From Anthoceros angustus (taxonomy: Eukaryota > Plantae > Anthocerotophyta), in contig MU008164.1 in assembly GCA_010909165.1 (NCBI GenBank), positions 558,001 to 622,000 on the forward strand: a DNA stretch of 64,000 nt, written 5' to 3'. Below the pieces are notes generated by a model. It did not search any database, had not been told where the DNA came from, and saw only the letters and a list, made by a program, of their open reading frames with translations. The number at the start of each line of letters is the position of its first letter. Within the stretch, counting starts at the first letter, position 1. Shown here one piece after another: positions 35,337 to 46,680 of this stretch. The position numbers and the translations under genes were made by a program.

Positions 35337-38048
35337 ATGTCCCATTATCTTGTGCAGCGTAATCATCGCCTTCTCGATGCTTTGAGGCAGAGGACGGCTC
35401 CTACTTATGTGGTTGGAAGTGGTGGCCCGGTGCAAGATGATGGGCTCCCACCCCTTCCCTCTCAATATGGTGAGCGCGATGCGCAAGGTTTCCTCTATTC
35501 TGAAGAAGACAACGAAGACGGCACTGCAGGCCCACAGGATTCGGTTTCCGGATCGGCATCCTCTATGCCATCCAGCTCGAGGGCACGTCCAAATTCGTCT
35601 GTCCCTCTTATAGCGGATGATGATTCGGACCCGATCACGGACTATGAGGCTATCGCCAATGTTGGCGGAATGGAGAATGCGGCAGACGCACGCCTTTTCC
35701 CCGGATTGCCCCCACAATCGTCAGCCGCAATACAACTGGCTGCCACCACCCCGTTGTGGGATTGTGTTCAACCAGAAACCTCTGGCCACACACGGCTGTC
35801 TGCCATCGTGTCCTTGCTATTCATTCAAGATCGATTTAAGATTTCGGACTCCACGATGACTGCAATTTTTGAGATTCTTTCCACTGGCCTTCTTCCCAAA
35901 CAGAACAATTGTATGCCCAGCAGCCATCAAGAGGCTTGCCACGCTATGATGCAACTTGGGCAAACATCCACTCGAATTGATTCATGTGTTGGTGACTGCT
36001 GCATTTTCTGGGGGCCGCACGCTTTGGACAAGCATTGCCAAAAATGCGGGGAAGCCCGCTATCGAGCTGGCGAGAACACGAAGAAAGGCATCCCCCATAA
36101 ATCGTTCTTCTATTTCCCTATCACTGAACGTCTTCAACGGATGTTCACCAGCCCAAAAACGGCCAAGGATTTAACCTGGTTTGCGAGACACAGAAGCGAG
36201 GATGGCCATCTGCGCATAATGGCTGACACCCCTGCATGGCGTGCATTGGATGAAGTTGCCAGGTTCGGGAACGACGACCGAAACATAAGGCTTGGTATAT
36301 GCACCGATGGATTTAATCCATCCGGCCACCGATCCAGTGCTTATTCCATTTGGCCGGTCCTCCTTGTCATACATAACCTGCCGCCTGGTCTAGCAATGAA
36401 GAAACATCGCCTACTCATGCCCATCATCATTCCGGGGCCCAAGCAAGTCCCTAATGCGGACGTTTATTTGGAGCCATTGTTGGCTGAGCTCGGTGCCCTC
36501 TTCACTGGTGTGCCTGCTGTGGACTACTCTAAGGACATCGGTAGCGCGGACCGTTATTTCAACCTATGCGCGGCAATTATCAATGCCTCTTGCGACTATC
36601 CTGGTCTGGGGGTCCTTTTAGGGCTTCAAGTTCGGGGGTACAATTGCTGCATAGAATGCGGTCAGAATCTGGCGCCCAGGTGGTCCAATGCTCTGGGCAA
36701 ACTAATCTGCGACGGCAGTAGACGATGGTGCCCCTCCCTTCAAGACCCCCGACGTCTTGTTGATCGGGAGTACTTTAACAATGAGAGGGAGCTCCGTGTC
36801 ATGCCACCGTCTGCTACAGTCCTGAAGTGCTTCTGAAATGCTTAGGTGGGAAGCCGCTTCGGCCCATGCCGCTGCTGTCAGGCAGTGGGGAGTCAAGCGC
36901 AAATCCACTTTCTTTGAACACTTACCGTACCTCCTTCAAATTCACAAAATATGGCTCAAGGATATTATGCATGTTGAATTGAACAACTGTCAGGCATTGT
37001 GGAATGTCTTGTCTGGTCAATGGCACACCCATAGTGCCCGTGTTGATCTTGAGGATGCAGACTCTAAGCCGTGGTTATGGCTTGTGTATGACAACGATGA
37101 GGCGCACGTACCTGGCGCATCATACTGCTTGCGAGGGGAGGTCTTGGATGCAGTAAAAGCTGAAATCTGCAGGATGAAACCCCCGACCGGATTTGGGGCC
37201 AACTTGTCCACATGCTTTCGGGGGTCCAAAGTCACAGGCATGAAGAGCCATGACTGGCATCTCTTAATGCAGTTTTACTTACCCATTGCATTACGATGTC
37301 GTCTTCCTGAACCAGAGTACTCTGCTGTGGTCCAATTGAGTGCCCTTTACAGATGGATATGTAAGAAGGCCATAGTTGTGGCAGACATCCCCATTATGAA
37401 AGCTAGGGTTATTGATATCATGATCCAACTAGAGAAGCGCTTGCCGACCATTTTCTGGAACCCAATGCAACATATGATCATACATCTCGTCGACAAAGTG
37501 GAATCCCACGGCACTGTGAATTGTCGCTGGATGTATCCCCTCAAAAGGCACATGCTGGTGCTTAAACAATCTGTGCGGCAAAAGGCAAAACCAGAAGGGA
37601 GTTTGGCAACCAGCTACTTAGCAATGGAAACCCTGTTCTTTCGCACTCTGGAGGCGACAAACGCCGCCGGTCGACTCAAGATTCCTGGGTTTATGGATGT
37701 TTCGAAATGGACAGCGGGAAAAGGGAGTTCTTTGGCCAGATAAAAGACATCCTTGAAGCAACCACAGACGATGGGTCAGTGACCACAATAGTCCTCAATG
37801 TCAACTGGTATGAGTGCGATACAGAAAAAAACCCTCCGTCTATGGTTGCAGACATGAGCGGATTCATGGCTGTTGACACCCGCCGTCCCTATCGCTACCA
37901 CAGGGATCACCGAACCGGACCATTTACTTTCCCCAGGCATGTGACACAGGCTTCTGCGCACCCAGATTGGCGAGCTGGTCGGCGGCATTGGTACATATGC
38001 TCACCTGCGCCTTCAGCATGGGAATCATTGCCGGATGGGTGTCAATAG
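35337..38048 (+). CDS. CACTA Tnp2/TnpD-type transposase (Transposase_21, DUF4218 and DUF4216-like regions), two frameshifts as assembled
   Basis: IDSC..DC, C..CGEARY, RNIRLGICTDGFNP, YSIWPV...HNLPP, IIPGP, YLEPL, DYPG, DIMHVELN, GMKSHDWH, RWMYPLKRHM, FFGQIKDILE...W...PF. ORFs 35337-36836, 36838-37743, 37707-38048. Confidence 0.9.
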
Positions 38049-38355
38049 GCCCAATACAATGTAGGAAACTTAAAATTGAGACATAAATGTTGCTGTGGAT
38101 GGTGTGTGCGACGGCGGCTAGGGTGGAACACGTAATCGTGATCAGATGACTCGGGATTGAATCCATCTTTTGGCCAAGACGTGAACTTTGAAACTCAGTT
38201 TAACATTATGTTTGGGACTGGTGATGAACAAAAGGCTGGCGCAGGTCCACTCAAGACATCCACAGTTTTCTGCATCTCTAACAGATGTCGACATTCCTAA
38301 TGGCCTCCAAGGATTCTGAGAAGCCCATCACTTCACAAAGCTCGCAAATTCAAAA

Positions 38356-39525
38356 CTAGCCAAACAAAAAATATGTGCCGGAGAGCTTGCGGCTAACTTC
38401 AATCCTGAGTGCTTGGAGTGAACGCGGCTCAAAAAAGAAGGCATAGATGCTCCCCACAATTGCAGCATGTCCGCGAGATCCCACAGCGTGGCATGTTCTA
38501 ATGATGAGGTCCAATCCTTCCAGCATATGGAACATGGCATCATCATTCACGCGGAAATCTGTGTATGCCACAAAGTGGTGAAACTCGAGATACAGCACAG
38601 GAAACCGCTGGGCATACCCCACGCTCCAACGCGTGTCAACCTCCCGCTTCATGAGCAACAAGTGGCCTCCGACCTTGCATGGCACACTTAAGATTTTCCG
38701 CAAGCTCTCCTCTGGACCAGTGTACAGGTTCAAGCGGTTCTTGTTCTTTGGTGTCCCAGCGGTTCGGAGGCAAATTCTGGGGCCATATCTGGTAGACCGC
38801 ACAAACTCCACCTCTGACTCCACATCGAGACGAAGGGTGGTATCCCCCGGTTTCAGAAGAGCTGGCGCAGCCACTTCATCGCCGAAAAAAGGCTCCAAGT
38901 CCACCACCATGATATCAAATGGCAGTTCCCGATTCGGATTGTGCACGAACAGTAGCTTGCTGGCTGGTGTCCCAACCTCCACCACTATCACTTTGTTGTT
39001 CACACCTGGGGTCCTCCGCATTTCCTCAATGACGTCAACCACAAAACCTCCAAGGTCCTTGGCACGCTCCAGAATAGGGAGTCCTTCCCGGGGGTGGACA
39101 GCCACCCACCAGCTTGGAACCTCCATCTGTTCGGTCTGTGGAGGTCCACATGGCCAAGGGCCAGCATCATCCTTGCAAAGCCGCGCTGAGATGAAGTCTT
39201 TGTGCAAGCCACACCAACCCCAGACGCCCGTCAGCTGCATCGTCCACCTCCCTCGCCCTTCAACCCAAACAGCCAGAGTCTCGACAGCCGTTTCCTCGAA
39301 AGCTTGTGCGCACACGTAACCCCCGTCCGTGAACAGGGTCATGTGATCCCACCGCCAGATGGGCTGCACAGTGGGCCGCTCATTTACCATGTCCCTCCTC
39401 CGCTTTGCCAGTTTCCACGATGCTTCGTCCGAAGAGGAATCGTTGTGGAACCCGGCACCCGCCTCCTCAGAAGAAGTCGGAGCCACGAGGATGGAGTGCA
39501 TGTACCGTGCAACACCGCTCGCCAT
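38356..39525 (-). CDS. Uncharacterised 389-aa antisense ORF inside the CACTA element
   Basis: Uninterrupted ATG-to-TAG ORF with globular-protein-like composition, lying between the transposase and the TnpA-like ORF; no family recognised. Confidence 0.6.
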   Translation of the reverse strand: MASGVARYMHSILVAPTSSEEAGAGFHNDSSSDEASWKLAKRRRDMVNERPTVQPIWRWDHMTLFTDGGYVCAQAFEETAVETLAVWVEGRGRWTMQLTGVWGWCGLHKDFISARLCKDDAGPWPCGPPQTEQMEVPSWWVAVHPREGLPILERAKDLGGFVVDVIEEMRRTPGVNNKVIVVEVGTPASKLLFVHNPNRELPFDIMVVDLEPFFGDEVAAPALLKPGDTTLRLDVESEVEFVRSTRYGPRICLRTAGTPKNKNRLNLYTGPEESLRKILSVPCKVGGHLLLMKREVDTRWSVGYAQRFPVLYLEFHHFVAYTDFRVNDDAMFHMLEGLDLIIRTCHAVGSRGHAAIVGSIYAFFFEPRSLQALRIEVSRKLSGTYFLFG

Positions 39526-39967
39526 TGGTTAGAGGAACTCGCAAACCTCGGAGTGATTGGAAGGCAATGTTGGAAATGTCGTCTTGGTGAAAAAGCATGC
39601 CCTTGTGGACTTCTCGACTTCGCCCAAACTCGCCCACACTATACGCCTTTTAAGTCCAAGCGTCTGGCGGGTTGAGGCTCTGGTATCGGCCGTTCTGGAC
39701 ACCTTACCGATTCTTGAAGAGGTTCGTCTTCACGCTTGGGCCCCGCCCATGTACAATTTCATTCAAACTGGTCGTGAAGATTTTTGTACCTTTGCCATAG
39801 CGTGAGGCGAGAAACTATCGAGACTTCTCTTCTGGCTGCACCTTTCCGCCTAGGCGGCGAACACAGTCGACGCAGCCCTCTTTCCATGTTGGCGGCAGTT
39901 GCGATTTCGATGCAATATTATCTTTAGCTTCTCCATGCGGGAACACCTTAGCCGAGAGGCGGAGAGC

Positions 39968-42500
39968 ATGACGGCGGACAAGCTGGGAGGAAGCAGCAGC
40001 GGGCTTATGGCGTGGGTGCCTCCCGAGGACAAATCAATGTCTGAGGATGACTGTGGGAGTGAGGATAGCGATGGGGAGTCTATTTTATGCCCTCGGAGGA
40101 GGACGATGCACTGGCCTGCACAAAACAAAGGGAGGATGCGCCCATGTCTGATTTGTGGGAAACACGTGTCAAGGACAATACTGGAAAGACAGTCGTGGAC
40201 TTATCTCCGAAGTTGCTGGCATTGGGCGATATGTTGCGACCGTATCCAATTTCTGATGTGTTTCGTTGTTTGATAAAGGCTCATGGACAACAAAGCATCT
40301 TGGAGATTTTCAAGCATGTTTCAGGAGATCTGGCTTCCAGGCCCGCCGCCGAGGGAGATGTGGACCCCCTGGTGGGTGCACCGATGGGCAAGCTGAAGTA
40401 ATTGTTCGAGAAGAGAACAAAAGAGCTGTGTGTCACGAGGCTAAAGATTCTCAAGTCATGGACGAAGCACTCTGTCAAGCTCAGAACTAATTTAGTGGAC
40501 TTGATCTGGGCACAATTTCCTGCTATTACGAATGTGGACATCATCAACAGCCGGTTCTCCAAGTGCCAAGTGCAAAGGAATTTCACCATTCTTAAGAAGG
40601 TTAAGAAAGGAGCAAAGCTATTGCGGAAGAAGGGGAAGTGGGGCGAGAAGCCTTCCGATGTGACGTTGGAAGATTGGCAAGAAGCTGTACAGTGGGCATG
40701 TGGGCAATACGAAGGTGGCGGGGGGAAATGGCCTCGATGTCAGCAGATGCGCGCTGTGGAGGCGAGAGTGGCCAAGCATGGTAAGGCGGGGACAAATCCA
40801 TCTGAGGCGGATTGGTCGCGAGTTCAGCGGTTTTGCTTGGTGGGGAAGTATCCAAGCGGATGAGACAAAGTGGGGCGGCGGCTCATTCAATGGATGACAT
40901 GCGAGGAATTTTGGAAGGTGCTCCCAATGTCGGAGGTGAGTGATGATGATTTGGTGCTTTAAGATTGCCCGCAAGAGTGTCTTCCATTTGCCATGATGAC
41001 TTCGCGTTGTGGTGTGCAGAGGACATGTTGGTGATCTTTGGAGGAGGGCAGTCGATTCACGAGGAATGCGTGGGAACCGAATGTCGATTTGTGGGAAACA
41101 CGTGTCAAGGACAATCTTTGGAAAAGGCGGTCAGGACTTATCTCGAAGTTGTCGGCATTGGGCGATATGTTGCGACCGTATCCAATTTCTGATGTGTTTC
41201 GTTGTTTGATAAAGGCTCATGGACAACAAAGCATCTTGGAGATTTTCAAGCATGTTTCGGAGATCGGCTTCGGACGCCCGAGGGAGATGTGGACCCCGGT
41301 GGGATGGGCAGTCAAGTAATTGTTCGAGAAGAGAACAAAAGAGTGTGTCCACGAGGCTAAAGATTCTCAAGTCATGGACGAAGCACTCTGTCAAGCTCAG
41401 AACTAATTTAGTGGACTTGATGGGCACAATTTCACCTATTACGAATGTGGACATCATCAACGGTTCTCCAAGTGCCAAGTGCAAAGGAATTTCACCATTC
41501 TTAAGAAGGTTAAGAAAGACAAAGCTATTGCGGAAGAAGGGAAGTGGGGCGAAGCCTTCGATGTGACATTGGAAGATTGGCAAGAAGGCATGCGGTGGGC
41601 ATGTGGGCAATACGAAGGTGGCGGGGGGAAATGGCCTCGATGTCAGCAGATGCGCGCTGTGGAGGCGAGAGTGGCCAAGCATGGTAAGGCGGGGACAAAT
41701 CCATACGGGCGGATTGGTGCTGCAGAGTTCCGAAAGCGGTTTTTGCTTCGGTGGGGAAAGTATCCAAGCGCAGATGAGACAAAGTGGGCGCTGGCTCATT
41801 CAATGGATGACATGCAGGAATTTTGGAAGGTGCTCCCAATGTCTGGAGGTGAGTGATGATGATTTGGTGCTTTAAGATTGCCCAAGAGTGTCTTCCATTT
41901 GCCATGATGACTTGCGTGGTGTGAGGAGACGGACATGTTGGTGATCTTTGGAGGAGGGCAGTCGATTCACGAGGAATGCGTGGTGAACCCGAAGATATCG
42001 ATTCAGGGTGTCGATGGGAATGCGACACTCCAAACCGGGAGACTTGCGGAAGTCGATGACCATACGGTAGAAGGAGGTGAGGAGACGCCTTCAGAGTTGC
42101 GTAGGCTAATGGAGATGGAGTATGTGCCTGCAACTCAGCCACGGACACCCGCATTTGGCAGGCGAATCACCAGGAGCTCAAAGAAACAAGCCTTGGTAGG
42201 TGCTTTTACACCTTCGTTTGGACATCCTTCATCGACCTTTTTTCGTTGATGGCAAATCAGGCATATCCCCCATTCCTGAATCCCGGTCTGTTTGATGACG
42301 TGCAGGAGGGTTCAGGTACCATGGTTGTGGGTGATTAGGTGCACCCGGCATGGAAGAAGAAAAAGGCTAGCCGCACTGGAAAAGGAAATCGAGAGAAGCC
42401 TGTTGTCCAAGCCGACGCAAGCGCCTGCAACGAAGCCTGAAGTGAGCTATGCTAAGCATCATCAGGCATTAGATGCGTTACCCTCGATCTCTCCCAAATC
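39968..42500 (+). pseudogene. CACTA TnpA/Ptta-like ORF, frameshifted, with an internal ~940-bp tandem duplication
   Basis: KPSDVTLEDWQEAVQW...QMRAVEARVAK...NPYGRIG resembles the P..V..EDW..L..W...R.....H..G pattern of Transposase_24 (Ptta/En/Spm). 40144-41080 is repeated at 41081-~41990. Confidence 0.55.
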
Positions 42501-44454
42501 CTAGTGTATCAGTGGCAGAGGCAATGAATTTGGTTATAAGTATTACCTCTAGGAATTTTCATGTTCAATAGAAGTTGTTCCAGAGTTACAGTAGAAATTT
42601 TCTCGGGTTTATACTTGAATATGTCAATTTTGAAATATGCATTCATCCCAAGATTTTCCTCCGTTGAATATAGGAATAATAGGATATTCCCCCCTATTTT
42701 GAAGTTTGAATGTATGGCCATTTGGTCAGTCCACATGCTGACTAGACCAGCGATGCGGAACGCCCCACTAGCATAACTCTGACATTCGGTCAGGGCACAC
42801 ATAGAATGCATGCGCCGCCCGGGCGCCTGACCCTTGACGAGTGCCCAGGTCACACAAATCACAAGCCGACCGTATGGAAGGAGGTACAAACCCTTAACCC
42901 ACTTAGGGAGGCGACGCGTGGCAACACGGGACCACATACCCTGAAAGGACAGCGAGAAGGCGTGGGAAGCCTGTCCTGGTTCCGCCGGCCGGACTAGTCA
43001 ACAAAATGGGCGGACCCCAAGGACGATTCCGTCCCGGTGCACTTGCAGCGTCCGTTTCCCTTTCCGTCCGCGTCCCACAAACCATGGTCCCAACGTCAGT
43101 TAAGGCATAACCGGCCATCAGTCACCGGGAACGGCGGCGACTAGCCCGCCGTCTTAGATGGCCTAGGGGACGTCCCGTCAAAGACACATTTAAAGACAGA
43201 AGGGACCCACTGAACCTCTATCTTATTTCTAGGCCACGCGTATCACGGACGTTTTTTTTGACATCTTGAAAGTGACCAATTAGTAATAGTGATTACTCAA
43301 GGACAAATCATCTATTCTATTTATTTTCTTGCTTCTCTGCAAAACATTGTGAAACATTGTCGTCTTCAAAAGGTTGGCCATTAGAAACCACCATCATACA
43401 TGTCGAATTTTGGAAAATGTAGCTCATCTAGAAACCAAGGCCCATGCATCTATACGTGCATCAAACTCGAATGAGCCGAACATTTGGCGCACCAATCAAA
43501 AAGATCCAGCTACAAGTCATCGGTAGGGGCACATAGAGTAAGGCCGAAAAGGTTTTACATGTTGTGTACAAAGCGAATGTGGGAACATAGCATCAACCAA
43601 CAAATGATTTTCAAAAATAATATTCATGACTTTACCCAAAGATACCAGGATGATTTACAAATTTTTCAAACCACTACAAAACAACACTCCATCGTGGTAC
43701 TGATCCGCCTCTAGGTTGCTTAATAGTGGAGTCGTTACAAAGTTTTCAAAGCACCAAAAACAAGCAAACCATCCTGGTACTACTCCGACCCAAAAGAGCT
43801 AAACCCTGAAGTTCTCAACGCACTAATAATAAGCATCCCATCCTGGCACTGATCAAACCCGAGGGTGCCTATCCTTGGAGTTCTCATGCCATTATGTCTA
43901 TCTATACCCTTACCAAACATATGTTATATTCGTAGATACAAATAATATATATATACATTTGCGCCAGACATCCGGCGCATCCACTCCACCATTTCCATCG
44001 AGCTAGACGCCGGAAATAATCGCGAACCACGAGCGGGAGATACGGCGGCTCCAGCTCTACTTGAGGACGGAGGAGAGTTGGCGACGATCCAAGGCATTGG
44101 GCGTCGCGGTGAAAGGAGCTGGAGGAAGCCGAGCCGGGGCGGAGACACTGGGCACTGGAGAGAGATGGCGGACCTCAGGCAGAATGGACGGAGGCGAGGG
44201 CTGGGGAGGAGGAGGCGGAGGCTGCTTGTCCGATTGCGGGCGGAGGAGGCTGACTCCATGGCCGACAAGGCGGGTGGAGCTACAGCAGCGAGGAGGGAGC
44301 ACGTCGGCGGCAAAGGCTGCAGGAGGTGTCGGAGGCCGCCTTGGCGGCATCAAGGAGTCTGCCCGGCAGTTGGCAACTGGCGGCGGAGGCGGACAACACA
44401 TGCATGGCCGGAGCACCTCTGGAGGAGGGAGCAAGGTGCTCGGGCCCATGTGGA

Positions 44455-45700
44455 CACTACAAGGAGGGGCTACCTTTTACAAATGGGTCTAAGTTTAGTT
44501 AGAGGAAACTACAACACTCTTACTACTGACTCAAAGCCTGTTGTAAGTTTTTGAACATTTACAACAAGGGTTCCTAACTAATATGATGTGGCATGGATTT
44601 TACAGGGGTTTGTTGACATGGCATGTTGACAATTTTACAACGGGATTTGTTGACATGGCATGTTGACACAAATTTTACAACGGGGTTTGTTGACATGGCT
44701 TGCTCGTTGTACATGAGCGTTGTTAATTGTGCATAAACTCTTTTGATTTAGAAAACTATGGGGGTTATTTGTTAATAAAACTACATTTTGTTGAATTTAT
44801 AATGACGTGGCATAAAGGATGTTGTAAAACGGTACTTGTAAAAGACGTTGTAAACCATGTTTGTTGTAGATGTGGTTGTAAATTGTGCAAGACTTGATTT
44901 TTGGAATAATACCATTTATTGGAATATCTATGAATAGATTTATTATTTGCTGATGTGGCAAGTTCGTTGCAAATGATGTTGTAAATATGTTTCTCTGGAT
45001 TTATGTTAGTTATGGGATTATCTTTTTTTTGTATTCTTGACGTGTCACATGCATTGTAGCTATGGTTGTAAAAGCATGAAAACCATTTTATATAAATATC
45101 TATAAATAAATTTATTATTTGCTGACATGGCAAGCTCATTGCAAATATCATTGTAAAATGGTTTCTCCAATTTATGTTATATTATTGGATTATTCATTTA
45201 TTGTATATTCTTGACGTGGCACATGCGTCGTAACTATGGTTGTAAAATGCACAAGCCAGCCAATATCCATGAATAAATATATTATTTATGATGTGGCATG
45301 TTTGTCATAAATGCCGTTGTAAAATTTTGGAAGAGACCTTTTCCTTATTTATGTAATTTATGAGGTTATATATTAGTAAGATTCGATGTGGCATGCCTTT
45401 TCCTTATTTATGTAATTTATGAGGTTATATATTAGTAAGATTGCGATGTGGCATGCCTTTTCCTTATTTATGTAATTTATGAGGTTATATATTAGTAAGA
45501 TTCGATGTGGCATGCTTATCAAATGCCGTAAATATGTGGAAGAGACCTTTTCCGATTTATGTCATTTATGAGGCTATATATTAGTGAAATTGCGATGTGG
45601 CATGTTCATTGCAAATACATTGTAAAATGTTATACAAATTTATCGATTTATAAATAGTGCCAGCATTGTAAAATGTCGGTGTAAGAATTTTCCTAGCGTC
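44455..45700. repeat. Array of TGA(C/T)(A/G)TGGCA and TTTACAAC/TTGTAAA motifs resembling DNA-transposon subterminal repeats; includes a ~58-bp tandem repeat (45339-45605)
   Basis: Starts with CACTACAAGG at 44455; dense short repeats in both orientations; no matching TSD found. Confidence 0.6.
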
Positions 45701-45719
45701 AAAACGAGGCATGCATCTT

Positions 45720-46680
45720 GGCATCCAGTCCACCAGGGCGCCCACAAGTACGTTATCCAAATGTCCTCTTTGCTGGTGCTGCACACCTTATCAGAAGGCA
45801 CCAATGCTTGCACATGCCTTCAAAAGCCAAGCAAAAGTAACCTCATCACCACAAGCGAGCCCTCCTGTGCATTCGTCCATACAAAAATAGCGCCTCTTGA
45901 CCAAGCCCTTTCATCCATACCCGGAATCGGGGCATTCCAAGTCACCACATCCTTTGGGCTCAAGCATTGAAAACTTGATGCGCATCTTCTACTTCGCCAC
46001 ACTTTGCCTACATGTCCACCGGGCAAGTGCCCACAAGTGTGTTATCTAGTCCTCTCTCCACAATCAGAGTGCACCGCCTTCAGAAGGCACTTGCGTTTGC
46101 AGCCTTGGAAGGCAAGCAAAGGTAACATGGTTGCCCACAATCAGCCCTCCTTCTCCATTTGTCCATACAGAACAAGCGCCTCTTGGCCAAGCCCATGATT
46201 TGCATACCCAACTATCGGGGCCGTCCATGTCACGACATCCTTTCGCCTAACCTATCGAAACCGTGTTTGCCTCTTCCATTCACCACGGTTTGCGTACATG
46301 TCCAGACGATTGGCAATAAACAAGTTCGTGGAATGTCACTGCAACATATCATCTTTTACGCTAGATTCGTGTCCACAAATGCACAAGCTTGAAGGGTGCT
46401 ACAAAGATGTGGGCATCCGCCTTCACGAGCGACACATCGCATAGTAAAGTTGTATCGCCTCATTAGGCTCCCCATGTGTAGCATGTGCGGAGATTATTGA
46501 AAACCACATGAAGGGATTTGGTTTGCCCACCCTCCTAGCCTACCTCCGGATACATACATCCGCAAGATATGGTTCCCCAAGTATGTGATTGACTCGTACC
46601 CAAGTTTGTGTGAGATCATGAACGTCATCCCACAACCATGTCCTTCTTATCGCACAAAGTTTTAGCACGACATATAAGAT
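45720..46680 (-). pseudogene. PLS-class pentatricopeptide-repeat gene fragments (repeated at ~51290-52010, ~52326-53040, ~57500-57690)
   Basis: NTLVGTC-VDM-(Y)AKCG-VEDAHQVF, KDVVTW-A-I-GYANHG, TFACL-GC, HILRMYVSGGRL...FMWFSIIS-HATHGEPNEAIQLYYAM. Confidence 0.8.

Larger units (their letters stand above)
34766..43291 (+). mobile_element. CACTA (En/Spm) DNA transposon, ~8.5 kb, apparently complete
   Basis: CACTACAACAAA at 34766 and TTAGTAATAGTG ending 43291 (imperfect TIR, 9/12). 3-bp TSD ATT at 34763-34765 and 43292-43294. GACGG/CCGTC-rich subterminal repeats at both ends. Internal Tnp2 and TnpA-like ORFs. Confidence 0.8.

Noticed and set aside
39150-39230. HxD (LHKD) in the orphan ORF as a TET/2OG-Fe dioxygenase motif
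   Set aside because: No convincing distal His and RxS strand pattern; a three-residue motif is expected by chance.
44455-45698. Complete non-autonomous CACTA (CACTACAAGG...CCTAGCG)
   Set aside because: The right end is not TAGTG and the flanking triplets (GGA/TCA) do not match; kept only as a repeat array.
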